DNA from: a virus
Length of the DNA stretch: 64,000 bases
Strand: one strand, 5' to 3'
Virus record (IMG/VR): IMGVR_UViG_3300031566_000001
Span: 32,001-96,000 of that record
Part shown: positions 19,216 to 28,215 of the stretch, one piece after another
How positions within the stretch are numbered: position 1 is the first letter of the stretch
Layout: each line of letters starts with the position of its first letter
Program-made: the position numbers and the translations under genes
The notes under the pieces: generated by a model
Told to the model about the DNA's origin: nothing
Database searches by the model: none
Seen by the model: the letters and a program-made list of their open reading frames with translations, nothing else

Positions 19216-20083
19216 CGAGTTCCGGCCTGCCAGTCAGGGCTATGCCATGCCGCCACACTGCCCGGTGGAGGGTTACGGCGTGGAGCAGGACTTCGACCTG
19301 TGGCTCCGGCAGCGCCCTACCATTCTGGCCCCAAGTATTGAGGAAGCTGATTGGTACTACCTACCGGTGTACTGGAATCGTCTTTTTATCGCTACCTGGA
19401 AGTGGGCTCAGGATGAGGCCGCTATTGAGCGGTGCACCCGGTATATCGAGGACCTCCGGGGGGCCTTGGACTTCTCGCGGGTGTTCACCGTCTGCGAGTG
19501 GGACCTGACCACGGAACGGCAGGAGATCGGGATTGGGGAGATGACCGTGCTCACGGCAGGGCGGCGGGACCACACGGGCATCGATGTCCCTTTGCTCTGC
19601 GCGCCCCATGGTGTCCCTCCCATGCAATATGCCAAGCGGCACCTGGCGTCGTTCGTGGGCAACGTCGGAACCTCCGGCTGGCGTCAGGCCATGCAGGAGG
19701 CCCTAGAGGTCTATGACGGGTGCCTGATTGAGCACGCGCAGAACGGTTCCGCCTACTTCCGGGACGTGATGACTGAGAGCTACGTAGCCCTGGCCCCCAG
19801 GGGGCACCGGGGTCAATCGTTCAGGTTCTACGAGGCCATGGACATGGGCGTGGCCCCGGTGCTGATCGGCGACATGGACACGCGGCCCTTCAAGAACTGG
19901 ATTGATTGGGACTCATGCTCGTACTACGTGCCTGACGCCTCGGAGTTGCCGGGGTTCCTAGACGGCCTTGATTTGGAGGACGCGCTTCGTCGCGGTGTAC
20001 GGGCGGCGCAGGTGTATCATGAGGAGCTGCGGTTTGGAAGGTGGTGCCGGTTCGTTGTGCCGGAGCTTTTGAGCGTGCCGTGA
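19184..20083 (+). CDS. exostosin-family (GT47) glycosyltransferase
   Basis: ADWYYLP, ASFVG, LAPRG...SFRFYEAMDMGVAPV...PF...IDW. Confidence 0.8.
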   Translation: MMKIYPIPVPDEFRPASQGYAMPPHCPVEGYGVEQDFDLWLRQRPTILAPSIEEADWYYLPVYWNRLFIATWKWAQDEAAIERCTRYIEDLRGALDFSRVFTVCEWDLTTERQEIGIGEMTVLTAGRRDHTGIDVPLLCAPHGVPPMQYAKRHLASFVGNVGTSGWRQAMQEALEVYDGCLIEHAQNGSAYFRDVMTESYVALAPRGHRGQSFRFYEAMDMGVAPVLIGDMDTRPFKNWIDWDSCSYYVPDASELPGFLDGLDLEDALRRGVRAAQVYHEELRFGRWCRFVVPELLSVP

Positions 20084-20089
20084 ACTCCT

Positions 20090-20160
20090 GCCGCCTTGCC
20101 AGGGGCGGCGCGTTTCCTCCTTTCTTTGGGGGGCAGGGCCGGGCCTGCCCCCCGCTTCAT
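20090..20160 (+). terminator. tandem GC-rich hairpins ending the glycan operon
   Basis: GCCGCC-N8-GGCGGC followed by a pyrimidine run; GGGGGCAGG...CCTGCCCCC. Confidence 0.55.
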
Positions 20161-20376
20161 TACTGGTGATTCCCGGCGATAAGGATTCTGGCCTGTTTCT
20201 CCCTCTGGACTTGCATGTAAACGACGCTATTCTGTTTTGTTTGCGACCTTGCTTTTGGGCGTCATTAGCGGCGCCCTGGCGGGCGCTGGCGGTTTTTGTG
20301 GCAGAATAGGTCTCTTGGTATCCTCGAAACGGCAGAACGACGCACAGTGAATCATGTTATAATAGCAAACTGGTAC

Positions 20377-20405
20377 TTGACAAAAAACAAACAACCTGTT
20401 ATAAT
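20377..20405 (+). promoter_or_regulatory. consensus sigma70 promoter (early region)
   Basis: TTGACA (20377-82), 17 bp, TATAAT (20400-05) with an extended TG. Confidence 0.85.
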
Positions 20406-20435
20406 ATAAGTAGAATGAAGAAGCAGGAGGGGGCA

Positions 20436-20930
20436 ATGGGGAGCGAGATCAAGGACCTGAGGGTTTGGAAGAGAAACGGCGGCAAAGAAGTCAGATATTA
20501 TGTCCACACGGTCGATGGCCGCGAAGGTTGCCACTACGTGACCGGCAATCACTGGAATGAGGCGGGGAGTTACAGCGGCGATATGACCGAGGCGGAGTGG
20601 GCAGAAGCTCTTGAGATCGCAACCTGGGACGGTACAGTTCACACGGTTTACGAAGACCGGGTGAACCAGGCCAAAGCCAATGCAGATGTCGGGGAACCGG
20701 TGAAGCGGGAATCGCAGTCGCGCAAGAACGCCTACGCGGGGGTTTGCATCTACTGTGGTCGATCAGTTCCGGCGCGGTCAGGCGAATTGCTCTACATCGG
20801 CGAGGGCGACGAATACGCATTTCAGAATGCCCGGTTCGGTGGTTTTGGCTGGCAAGTCAAGTGTGCCGGTGGTTGTCTCTCGGTAGCGTCGGGAGCAGCG
20901 ACGGGCAGCGAAGAATCAATCACAGCATAG
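20436..20930 (+). CDS. hypothetical early protein
   Basis: AGGAGG RBS; RKNAYAGVCIYCG Zn-ribbon-like segment. Confidence 0.65.
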   Translation: MGSEIKDLRVWKRNGGKEVRYYVHTVDGREGCHYVTGNHWNEAGSYSGDMTEAEWAEALEIATWDGTVHTVYEDRVNQAKANADVGEPVKRESQSRKNAYAGVCIYCGRSVPARSGELLYIGEGDEYAFQNARFGGFGWQVKCAGGCLSVASGAATGSEESITA

Positions 20931-20949
20931 CAATGAGGAGGAGAGGACA

Positions 20950-21159
20950 ATGGCACAGAGAGTCTATCGCAATCCCGATGCAGTTCTCAGGGCCGCGCAA
21001 CGCAAGCTAGGGGGCAGGCTGGCAACTGACACCGGCTCGCCAGTTCTGCATCTCTCGCAGCGCAGCTCAGTCCACGGCGCAGTTGTAGACACATATCTAT
21101 CGCCTAGCCAGGCGGCTGAGTGCGCTGGACTGGACTACCTGCCACATGACCAAGCATAG
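20950..21159 (+). CDS. hypothetical protein
   Basis: Strong RBS. Confidence 0.55.
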   Translation: MAQRVYRNPDAVLRAAQRKLGGRLATDTGSPVLHLSQRSSVHGAVVDTYLSPSQAAECAGLDYLPHDQA

Positions 21160-21196
21160 CCACGGCGGAACCTATACATAGAGAGGAGAAGATACA

Positions 21197-21379
21197 ATGA
21201 CACACCCTTGGGAAGATGTGGGGGGAACGCTCTGCCCTGAGTGCGGAGAGCCAACGGGTACTGTGATGCGTTCGGCTAGGGAGGAGAGGCCGAGTGGCCC
21301 GCTTGGGTTGCTTATCATGATGAGAAGTACCTGGTCGATGCTGTTCGCGAGAAGGTCGAGAGGGCCGCATGGGCAGTAG
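21197..21379 (+). CDS. hypothetical protein
   Basis: AGGAG RBS, CPECG. Confidence 0.4.
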   Translation: MTHPWEDVGGTLCPECGEPTGTVMRSAREERPSGPLGLLIMMRSTWSMLFARRSRGPHGQ

Positions 21380-21403
21380 CCGATGCCAAGATGGAGGGAA
21401 ACG

Positions 21404-21616
21404 ATGGCTAACGTGTCGCAGGAAGAGTTCGACAGGGTCCTGGCGGAGGTGGAGCGCAAGACCTGCTTCCGGTTCACGGCGGGTACGCGGAACCCCACGT
21501 CAACTGCGTTCATGGTGCCAGTCGCGTCCGACGGCAAAACTCCCATGGGCAGCGCCACAGAGTTTTCCTGGAAGCAGTTGGTGGGTATGTCCAAACTTCC
21601 CGAGAGACCCAAGTAG
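21404..21616 (+). CDS. hypothetical protein
   Basis: GGAGG RBS before ATG GCT AAC. Confidence 0.55.
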   Translation: MANVSQEEFDRVLAEVERKTCFRFTAGTRNPTSTAFMVPVASDGKTPMGSATEFSWKQLVGMSKLPERPK

Positions 21617-21708
21617 CCGATAACCGGGGGCAACCCCGGTCACCCGCGATGCCGCCGTGCGGGTCCGATGAGGCAGAGGGCGGCAACGGAGGACAGAGGA
21701 GGCTACCA

Positions 21709-22362
21709 ATGACTGCACTGACTCTCGATGAACAAAGTCTCAAGACATGGCAGCGGCTGCGCCCCACGCACAAGCAGATACTGAGCCTGGGCACCAACCC
21801 CAAGCAGTTCATGCACGTGCAGATGGGCCAACTGGAGGCCTGGGGCAATGGCTTTATGCTACTGGTGGGGAACTCGCCGGATGTGCCGTGCGTGGACGAG
21901 AGAGAACGCACGGACTGGACCAACAAGCAGCATCTCCTGAAGCCGGGTTCTTGCCCTATGGATCCGCTGCTCTACGTGGAGGCCGACGGCTACAGCACGC
22001 GGGATAGGTCCCTGCTCATCATGGCTATGCTGTCGCCCACGGATGGGGCCGTGCTGGAGCACCTGACCGTCAATGCCCGCATGGCGCTCTTCATAGAACG
22101 CGAGTACAGAGCACGGTTCCCCGAGGACTGGATACTTGGCTGGCGGGGTAACTTATCGGCGGAGGCGCACATGCACGGCTGCGCCAAGGTACACCCGAGG
22201 CCGCTGACGTACTGCGTGCGGGGTCCGGCGGAGGATGGCTGGATTGGGGCAGGGGTGCTCATGCCCAGGACGGCGGGCTTTGTGAGGGCTAGGGACGGCT
22301 CCCAGGCGGTGCGGTATGATAGTGGGACTAGGATGTATCATCGTGAGGCACCTGGCGTATAG
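21709..22362 (+). CDS. hypothetical protein
   Basis: GAGGAGG RBS, high GC3. Confidence 0.6.
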   Translation: MTALTLDEQSLKTWQRLRPTHKQILSLGTNPKQFMHVQMGQLEAWGNGFMLLVGNSPDVPCVDERERTDWTNKQHLLKPGSCPMDPLLYVEADGYSTRDRSLLIMAMLSPTDGAVLEHLTVNARMALFIEREYRARFPEDWILGWRGNLSAEAHMHGCAKVHPRPLTYCVRGPAEDGWIGAGVLMPRTAGFVRARDGSQAVRYDSGTRMYHREAPGV

Positions 22363-22399
22363 GAAGGCTTTGAGATTATGAGAGAGGGAGGATGGTGAT

Positions 22400-22657
22400 A
22401 TGACCCGCATGATAGAACCGTATAATGCGAGATCTCTGGAACCTGGCGATGTGATGGTGCGCACAGTGGCAGTGCATGTACTTCCGGGGCGTCAGGATGG
22501 TGAGCTGCTATATCGTGTGTACGTTTGCGCGTGGTCTGACCCGCCCCTGAGTGATGGGGTGCCGCAGGGTACGCGCATCTATGATGAGGGGGGCAAGGTA
22601 GCACAACAGCTATGCCCGATCATCGGCTACGTCGGGGCCAAACCTGACCTGGGCTGA
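22400..22657 (+). CDS. hypothetical protein
   Basis: GGAGG RBS. Confidence 0.6.
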   Translation: MTRMIEPYNARSLEPGDVMVRTVAVHVLPGRQDGELLYRVYVCAWSDPPLSDGVPQGTRIYDEGGKVAQQLCPIIGYVGAKPDLG

Positions 22658-22658
22658 T

Positions 22659-22703
22659 GTTTTGCTGGCAAAGGAAACTGTGGGCTGCGCTTTTGCGCAA
22701 AAG
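22659..22703. promoter_or_regulatory. bipartite palindromic operator (reversed order)
   Basis: GTTTTGCTGGCAAAGG, 15 bp, CTTTTGCGCAAAAG. Confidence 0.65.
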
Positions 22704-22712
22704 GAGGGAGAG

Positions 22713-23075
22713 ATGGACTGCTTTCTGGAATCACTAAGTGTGGCAATGAGCTGTGGGGTGGTTCTCGGTCTTTTGCTACTAGCGGCTGTACTCGGGTTTG
22801 GCATAGCGGGTGAGCTGGGCCTCATTGCCCCAATAGGAAATGAGAAGCCAAACCGGCGCTGGCTTGAGAGGCAACGGGGTTATAACCTGCCCAACATGCC
22901 CAACAGGACCCCGGCACAGATAATCCGGTTCCTTTGTCATGAGTATGCCGCGTGCCGCAAAAACGAGAGGTACTTCAAGGCGAAGGGTTATTCTGCAGAG
23001 GCTCATCAGTATCGCATGTGGGCAGGCTATCTCAGGATAGCGATTGTAGATCTCAAGAGAGGCCGCACGAAATAG
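22713..23075 (+). CDS. hypothetical protein with an N-terminal membrane anchor
   Basis: Hydrophobic N-terminus, GGAG RBS. Confidence 0.55.
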   Translation: MDCFLESLSVAMSCGVVLGLLLLAAVLGFGIAGELGLIAPIGNEKPNRRWLERQRGYNLPNMPNRTPAQIIRFLCHEYAACRKNERYFKAKGYSAEAHQYRMWAGYLRIAIVDLKRGRTK

Positions 23076-23086
23076 GGAGATGGGCG

Positions 23087-23314
23087 ATGCCAGATAAGTT
23101 TCGGGGCCAGTATCCGACGGTGCCCTGTGTGGAACAGCGCCTTGAGGAGTACCTGGATAAAGAGGACCGCTGCGTCCTGGAGGACGACTACTGGTGGGAG
23201 ATGCAGGACGCGGCGGCTGACAGCGGGGTGGACGTGATGATCCTGGTGGAGGAGATACCGTTTGAGAAGTGGCTGCGGGCCAGGAGGGAGGGGCGTGGTG
23301 ACCGCGAAAGCTAG
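23087..23314 (+). CDS. hypothetical protein
   Basis: GGAG RBS, acidic ORF. Confidence 0.55.
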   Translation: MPDKFRGQYPTVPCVEQRLEEYLDKEDRCVLEDDYWWEMQDAAADSGVDVMILVEEIPFEKWLRARREGRGDRES

Positions 23315-23807
23315 TCGTGTCAAGAGGGCGCGGGCCATGGTGGACCTGGGTGCGGTGTCGGTCCTGCGGAAGAAGAAAGGGAACCGGCAACGGGCCTGGC
23401 GTATGCCCAGCGCCTCCGTGATGGGTAGCTGGTACGAGGTCTTTGCCAAGTTCGTGGCGGACAATGGCATAGTCCGGGCGTGGTTCTTCTGCAACCATAT
23501 TCACCCGTGGGGTGACTGCGAACCTGATTCTAGCCCTACGCTCCCTACAGAGTTGGGCGGAAACTACGCATCTATGGAGAAGTGCGACGGCAACCGCAAC
23601 ACGGTCTGCTATCACTGCCTGGCGGCCATGGTCAAACTGGCCAAAGGCCGCCGGATGACCGTGCAGTTTGTGGACAGCCGCCGGAAGGCTCAGGCGCTTG
23701 CGCGGCTGGGGACGGTGGTGGAGATGTGTGGGGAGGGGCAGGTGAAGCCGAAGGTGTGGGCTGTGATGCGCAAGCGAGGAAGGAAGAGGAGGAAGTGCAG
23801 TGGCTAA
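23295..23807 (+). CDS. SWIM-like Zn-finger protein
   Basis: CDGNRNTVCYHCLAA. Confidence 0.5.
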   Translation: MVTAKASRVKRARAMVDLGAVSVLRKKKGNRQRAWRMPSASVMGSWYEVFAKFVADNGIVRAWFFCNHIHPWGDCEPDSSPTLPTELGGNYASMEKCDGNRNTVCYHCLAAMVKLAKGRRMTVQFVDSRRKAQALARLGTVVEMCGEGQVKPKVWAVMRKRGRKRRKCSG

Positions 23808-24201
23808 ACCGCGGTTCCGGCGCGGGTTCAAGCAGCACCGCCTCCGTGCTCGGTACGTATGTCCCAAGTGCAGGCGCGTGGCTTACTACCCGTGCTACCT
23901 AGACGGGCCGGGGGAGCGGATTCGTGGGCGTCCCAAGGAAGACTACTGCACCTGCGGGGCGCTCACCGAGTATTGGGGATTCACGAGCCGCTACAAGGGC
24001 ACGGTGCCCTACGCCTGGGGTGGGCGGTGGATGCGGGATTGTAAGGACTGTAAGAAGTCTACGGAGCATGCCCGCATGGACGAAGGGGGCAAGTTGTGCC
24101 GCTGTATGGAGTGTGGCCAGCAGCGGCATCTCGACGATGAAGAGGAGAAGCGTCGGGAGGAGTCCCAGAATTGGACCGCAACAGACATTTGGGGAGAGTG
24201 A
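23800..24201 (+). CDS. hypothetical Zn-finger protein
   Basis: CPKC, CTC, CKDC, CMEC. Confidence 0.55.
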   Translation: MAKPRFRRGFKQHRLRARYVCPKCRRVAYYPCYLDGPGERIRGRPKEDYCTCGALTEYWGFTSRYKGTVPYAWGGRWMRDCKDCKKSTEHARMDEGGKLCRCMECGQQRHLDDEEEKRREESQNWTATDIWGE

Positions 24202-24207
24202 GGAAAC

Positions 24208-25407
24208 GTGATGAAAGAGTACTCAATCTGGCAAGAGCAGACCTTAGCTGTAATGACGGCTATGCAGGCCAACGTGCCTGCGCTCATCTTAGGGGTGCCC
24301 GGCATCGCCAAGACGGCGTTCCTGAAAGCGGCTACGAAGGCCCTGGGATGGGATTTGTACGTGTTTATGGGCAGTATCCGGCAGCCCTCGGACATCATTG
24401 GCTACCTGGCCCCGGACTTGGAGCGCCGGGTGACTTTGGAGCTGCCCCTGGAGTGGGCGCGTAGCATCAGCGACCGCGCCACCGAGGGTCATGTGACTGT
24501 GGTGTTTCTTGAGGAGCTGACTACGGTGTTCCCTGCGATGCAGGCGGCACAACTCCGGTTCGTGCATGAGCGGTGCGTAGGCGATTGCTACCTTGGTGAT
24601 AGCACCCGCATTGTGGCGGCTGCGAACCCGCCGGAGATGGCCCCTGGGGGATTTCAACTGTCACCGCCTATGGCTAACCGGTTGCTGCATCTGGGGTGGC
24701 AGGAGGACGCGGCGCATTGGGCCGACAATATGCTGCTAGACTTCCCGGCCCCGGTGCTGCCTACGTTTGATGCGGCCAAGGCGGCGGAGTCCCGTGAGCG
24801 GTGGAAGGGGTTGATTTACGCCTACATCATGGGATACCGTCGGCAGCACTTGGTGGTCATGCCTGTGGATCGGGAGGGCCGTGTGGATGAGGAGAAGGCG
24901 TCTGGGCCGTGGGCCAGTGAGCGGTCCTGGTATGAGTACCTGCTGCCCTGTTTGTCCTGGCTGGATGCTGTGCGGGGCATCTCTAAGCAACTCTATGAGA
25001 GCGTGCGGGAGCGGTTGGCGGTGGGGTCTATTGGTGCAGTGGGTGCGGAGTTCCTTCTGTGGTCCGATAACCTGGACCTCACCTCGGCGGAGGACATGCT
25101 CAAGCAGGGGTCCAAGTACGTGGTGCCGGACCGCCAGGACAGGGCCTATGCGGAGCTGGCGAACCTGGCGATTTACGTGTCCGGCAAGAAGATCACGCCG
25201 AAGATTTGGGTAGCGGCCTGGAATGTATTTGCGGCTGCGGCGGACCAGGGCAAGACGGGCACGGCTGCGGCTGCGGCGCGGTCCCTAGCGTCCAAGGCCA
25301 GGGCTGACCTACCCCCGGTTTACGAACAGATAGCGCGGTTTCAACCTTTGCTGGAGCGTGCGAAGATGATACCGAAACTGGATGATGACGCGGCGATGGA
25401 ACTGTGA
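24208..25407 (+). CDS. MoxR-like AAA+ ATPase
   Basis: GVPGIAKT Walker A, VFLEEL Walker B, AAANP, LSPPMANR. Confidence 0.85.
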   Translation: MMKEYSIWQEQTLAVMTAMQANVPALILGVPGIAKTAFLKAATKALGWDLYVFMGSIRQPSDIIGYLAPDLERRVTLELPLEWARSISDRATEGHVTVVFLEELTTVFPAMQAAQLRFVHERCVGDCYLGDSTRIVAAANPPEMAPGGFQLSPPMANRLLHLGWQEDAAHWADNMLLDFPAPVLPTFDAAKAAESRERWKGLIYAYIMGYRRQHLVVMPVDREGRVDEEKASGPWASERSWYEYLLPCLSWLDAVRGISKQLYESVRERLAVGSIGAVGAEFLLWSDNLDLTSAEDMLKQGSKYVVPDRQDRAYAELANLAIYVSGKKITPKIWVAAWNVFAAAADQGKTGTAAAAARSLASKARADLPPVYEQIARFQPLLERAKMIPKLDDDAAMEL

Positions 25408-25421
25408 GGAGGTAGGAGAAG

Positions 25422-26300
25422 ATGGGCAAGACGAGGATTGAGTGGGCTGATGAGAGCTGGAATCCAATCACGGGCTGCACCCATGCGGGTACTCCCGGCT
25501 GCGACAACTGCTATGCCCGGCGCATGGCACAGAGACTGGCGGGGCGGTTCGGGTATCCCGAGAAGCCACATCAGTTCGACGTGACGTTTCACCAGGACAA
25601 GCTGGATGAACCGCTGAGTTGGAGGAAGCCGAGAGTGGTGTTCGTGTGCTCGATGGGGGACCTGTTTCACCAGGATGTGACCTGGGAGCAGAGGGGCGAT
25701 GTGTGGCAGGCGATGTATGAGGCTCCACAGCATACCTTCTTGGTACTGACCAAGCGGCCAGCGGAGATGCGCGATTGGTTCATTGGCTATTGGCAAGAGG
25801 CAGTTGCGACCAGCGACGAGCTAATTCTATCCAACGTCTACCTCGGCGTCTCGGTCGAAACCCAAGACCAGATGTGGCGGGTCGAGGAGCTGGTCAAGAT
25901 ACCGGGCAAGCACTGGGTGAACTTCGGCCCGCTGTTGGGGCCCGTCACGATCCCCCCTGAGCTACTAGCACGACTTGCTGGCGCAGCCGTGGAGGGCGAA
26001 TCAGGGCCAGGGGCTAGGCCAATGCACCCCGACTGGGCACGAAACATCAGAGATCAATGCGTAGCAGCAGAGATTCCATTTTCGTTCAAGCAATGGGGGG
26101 AGTGGGGGCCAACTTCCTACGGTGGTTCCTATGAGCGCTATCACGCATTCACAAGACCACTACCGCCGGATCCTGCACGTATGATGGTTGAGGCTCAGGT
26201 ATACCGTGTTGGAAAGGCCCAGGCAGGCCGACTACTCGACGGGCAGCTCTGGAATCAGTGGCCGTGGGATGTGATAGGGGACATGGAGCATGGTGAGTGA
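25422..26300 (+). CDS. phage Gp37/Gp68 (DUF5131) family protein
   Basis: TRIEWADESWNPITGC...GCDNCYA, SMGDLFH, LTKR, GESGPGARPMHPDW, KQWGEW. Confidence 0.9.
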   Translation: MGKTRIEWADESWNPITGCTHAGTPGCDNCYARRMAQRLAGRFGYPEKPHQFDVTFHQDKLDEPLSWRKPRVVFVCSMGDLFHQDVTWEQRGDVWQAMYEAPQHTFLVLTKRPAEMRDWFIGYWQEAVATSDELILSNVYLGVSVETQDQMWRVEELVKIPGKHWVNFGPLLGPVTIPPELLARLAGAAVEGESGPGARPMHPDWARNIRDQCVAAEIPFSFKQWGEWGPTSYGGSYERYHAFTRPLPPDPARMMVEAQVYRVGKAQAGRLLDGQLWNQWPWDVIGDMEHGE

Positions 26301-26565
26301 GGAAGAAATGAGGAAGATCATGAGGGGTGTGCAAGCCATCGGTCGAAATAATACGGGCGTGGAAGAGGCCGCTCAGCTCCTCGCCGAAGCGATGAAGGAA
26401 GATGTGGTGTACGAAAGCACAGGGGTTGCTGACTATGATGGATGCTGTGTTCGCCTGGGCTGTGGAACTGAGCTTATCTTAGGTCCTGATGATGAGTGGG
26501 ACATTCTTGACGGCCGGCAGTACCACGTGACCGTGACGGAAGAACCTACCAATGACCAACCGTGA
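26290..26565 (+). CDS. hypothetical protein
   Basis: Overlaps both neighbours. Confidence 0.5.
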   Translation: MVSEEEMRKIMRGVQAIGRNNTGVEEAAQLLAEAMKEDVVYESTGVADYDGCCVRLGCGTELILGPDDEWDILDGRQYHVTVTEEPTNDQP

Positions 26566-27913
26566 TGCTACTTTGGCGATGGACGCGGCAAGGGTGCGGC
26601 TCAACTATCTGCGTGGCTACCTTCGGGCTGTGTTGTGGACTATGCGCATGGTGCCCACTGGAGAGGTGCCCAGTATGGCTATGTCCAAGGACGCGGTGAT
26701 CTACTACAACCCGGAGGAGGTAGCCAAGTGGCCCTTGGAGGCCTGCGTGACGGTCCTGTACCATGAGGTGTGCCACTGGATGCGGCGTCACTATGAGCGC
26801 ATGGCAGACTTCCCGGACGAACAGTGCGCGCTCATTGCGGCGGAATTGGAACTCCAGGGTGACATCGAGGATGAGATCAACGGTGACTCGAATCTGGATT
26901 GGCCCCCACAGGGATACATTGCACCGGGCAAGCCGCCTTTCGAGAGCTTGCTCAAGGGCCTCCTGGCTGAGGAGTATTATCGACTTCTGGAGCGGCAACA
27001 GCAGCAATCCGGTGGCGCAGGGGGCCAGCAGCAGGGCAAGGGGCGGCAACAAGGTCAAGGCCAGGGGCAGAGTCAACAGGGGCAGAGTCAACAGCAAGGT
27101 AAGGGCCAAGGCAAGGGCCAGCAAGGTCAAGACCAGCAACCAGGCCAGGGCCAGGGTTCTGTGTCTGATGGGCACTGGAAGGACTGGGAGCAGCAGGACC
27201 ATCCGGAGGGCATCACTGAGGCCCAGGGGCGGCTCATTGCCCGCAAGCTGGCCCAGGACATCCAGGAGGCCGCGGAGCGTGATAAGTCGCAGCGGGGCAT
27301 CGGCTCAGTACCCGGCTGGATGAAGCGTTGGGCAGAGATGCAGCTTTACTCCAAGGTGCCCTGGTACAAGGTTCTAGACCGCTGGATACGTCAGTCCATT
27401 GGGCACGTCCTGGGGTTCTCAGACTACTCATTCAGGACACCGAACCGTAGGGCTGCGTTGAGCGGCCTCATCCTGCCGGGTTTGGTGAAGCCTGTGCCGA
27501 GGATCGCTGTGGTTCTGGACACATCAGGGTCCATGTCCGGTCATCAGGTTGGGTTGGCCCTCACGGAGATTGGCGGCGTGCTCAGGGCTATGGGGATGCT
27601 GGAGGGCGTGTGGGTACTGGCTACGGATGCGGAGGCCCATACCTGCCAGCGTGTGTTCAATCCCCGCCAGGTGGACGTTGTGGGCGGTGGGGGAACCATC
27701 CTGGAGTCGGGCATTGCACGAGCCATGAAGCTGCGGCCCCGGCCTGAGATCGTGGTCGTCATCTCGGACTGCCTGAACTATTGGGATGAGGTCAAGCCTG
27801 CCAGGGTGAGCATCGTGATCGTGCGTGTGGGCACGGGCAAGCCGCCTACGTGGGCCGACAAGGTGATTGACGTGGAGGATGTGGTAGAGGACTGGACGGT
27901 GTGGACAAGATGA
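26552..27913 (+). CDS. DUF2201-type metallopeptidase + VWA domain protein (MoxR partner)
   Basis: HEVCH zincin motif, Q/G-rich linker, DTSGSM MIDAS, GGGGT. Confidence 0.85.
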   Translation: MTNRDATLAMDAARVRLNYLRGYLRAVLWTMRMVPTGEVPSMAMSKDAVIYYNPEEVAKWPLEACVTVLYHEVCHWMRRHYERMADFPDEQCALIAAELELQGDIEDEINGDSNLDWPPQGYIAPGKPPFESLLKGLLAEEYYRLLERQQQQSGGAGGQQQGKGRQQGQGQGQSQQGQSQQQGKGQGKGQQGQDQQPGQGQGSVSDGHWKDWEQQDHPEGITEAQGRLIARKLAQDIQEAAERDKSQRGIGSVPGWMKRWAEMQLYSKVPWYKVLDRWIRQSIGHVLGFSDYSFRTPNRRAALSGLILPGLVKPVPRIAVVLDTSGSMSGHQVGLALTEIGGVLRAMGMLEGVWVLATDAEAHTCQRVFNPRQVDVVGGGGTILESGIARAMKLRPRPEIVVVISDCLNYWDEVKPARVSIVIVRVGTGKPPTWADKVIDVEDVVEDWTVWTR

Positions 27914-28215
27914 CCACTGAGCTTCGTCTGTACGTGGTTCCTAATGGCCGGGGCGGTAGCGCCGTATCGTGCCCGGAGTGCCGAGAGCACGTGTTCCCCA
28001 GCGAGGACTACGTGATCCGCTGCGACGTGGGGCTGAGGCACGTGTACGCCTGCGAGTCTGTGACGCGGGGGTGGCTGGTGGGACGCCGGGTGTGTAACCT
28101 CTATGAGCGAGTGGGCCTGGTGGTGCACATTCGGCGGCTGAGGGGGGTATTGACCGGAAGGGACCGGAAAGTGCTGGAGGGTTTTCTGAACCTGATCGGT
28201 TTGGCAAGGGGGTGA
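27910..28215 (+). CDS. hypothetical protein
   Basis: ATGA overlap, CPEC. Confidence 0.5.
   Translation: MTTELRLYVVPNGRGGSAVSCPECREHVFPSEDYVIRCDVGLRHVYACESVTRGWLVGRRVCNLYERVGLVVHIRRLRGVLTGRDRKVLEGFLNLIGLARG

Noticed and set aside
21660-21690. Hammerhead or HDV-like ribozyme (CCGATGAG)
   Set aside because: Lacks the CUGAUGA and GAAA cores and the HDV P3 helix.
26990-27155. CAG/GGC-rich repeat as a possible DNA element
   Set aside because: Explained as the low-complexity Q/G linker typical of DUF2201-VWA proteins.
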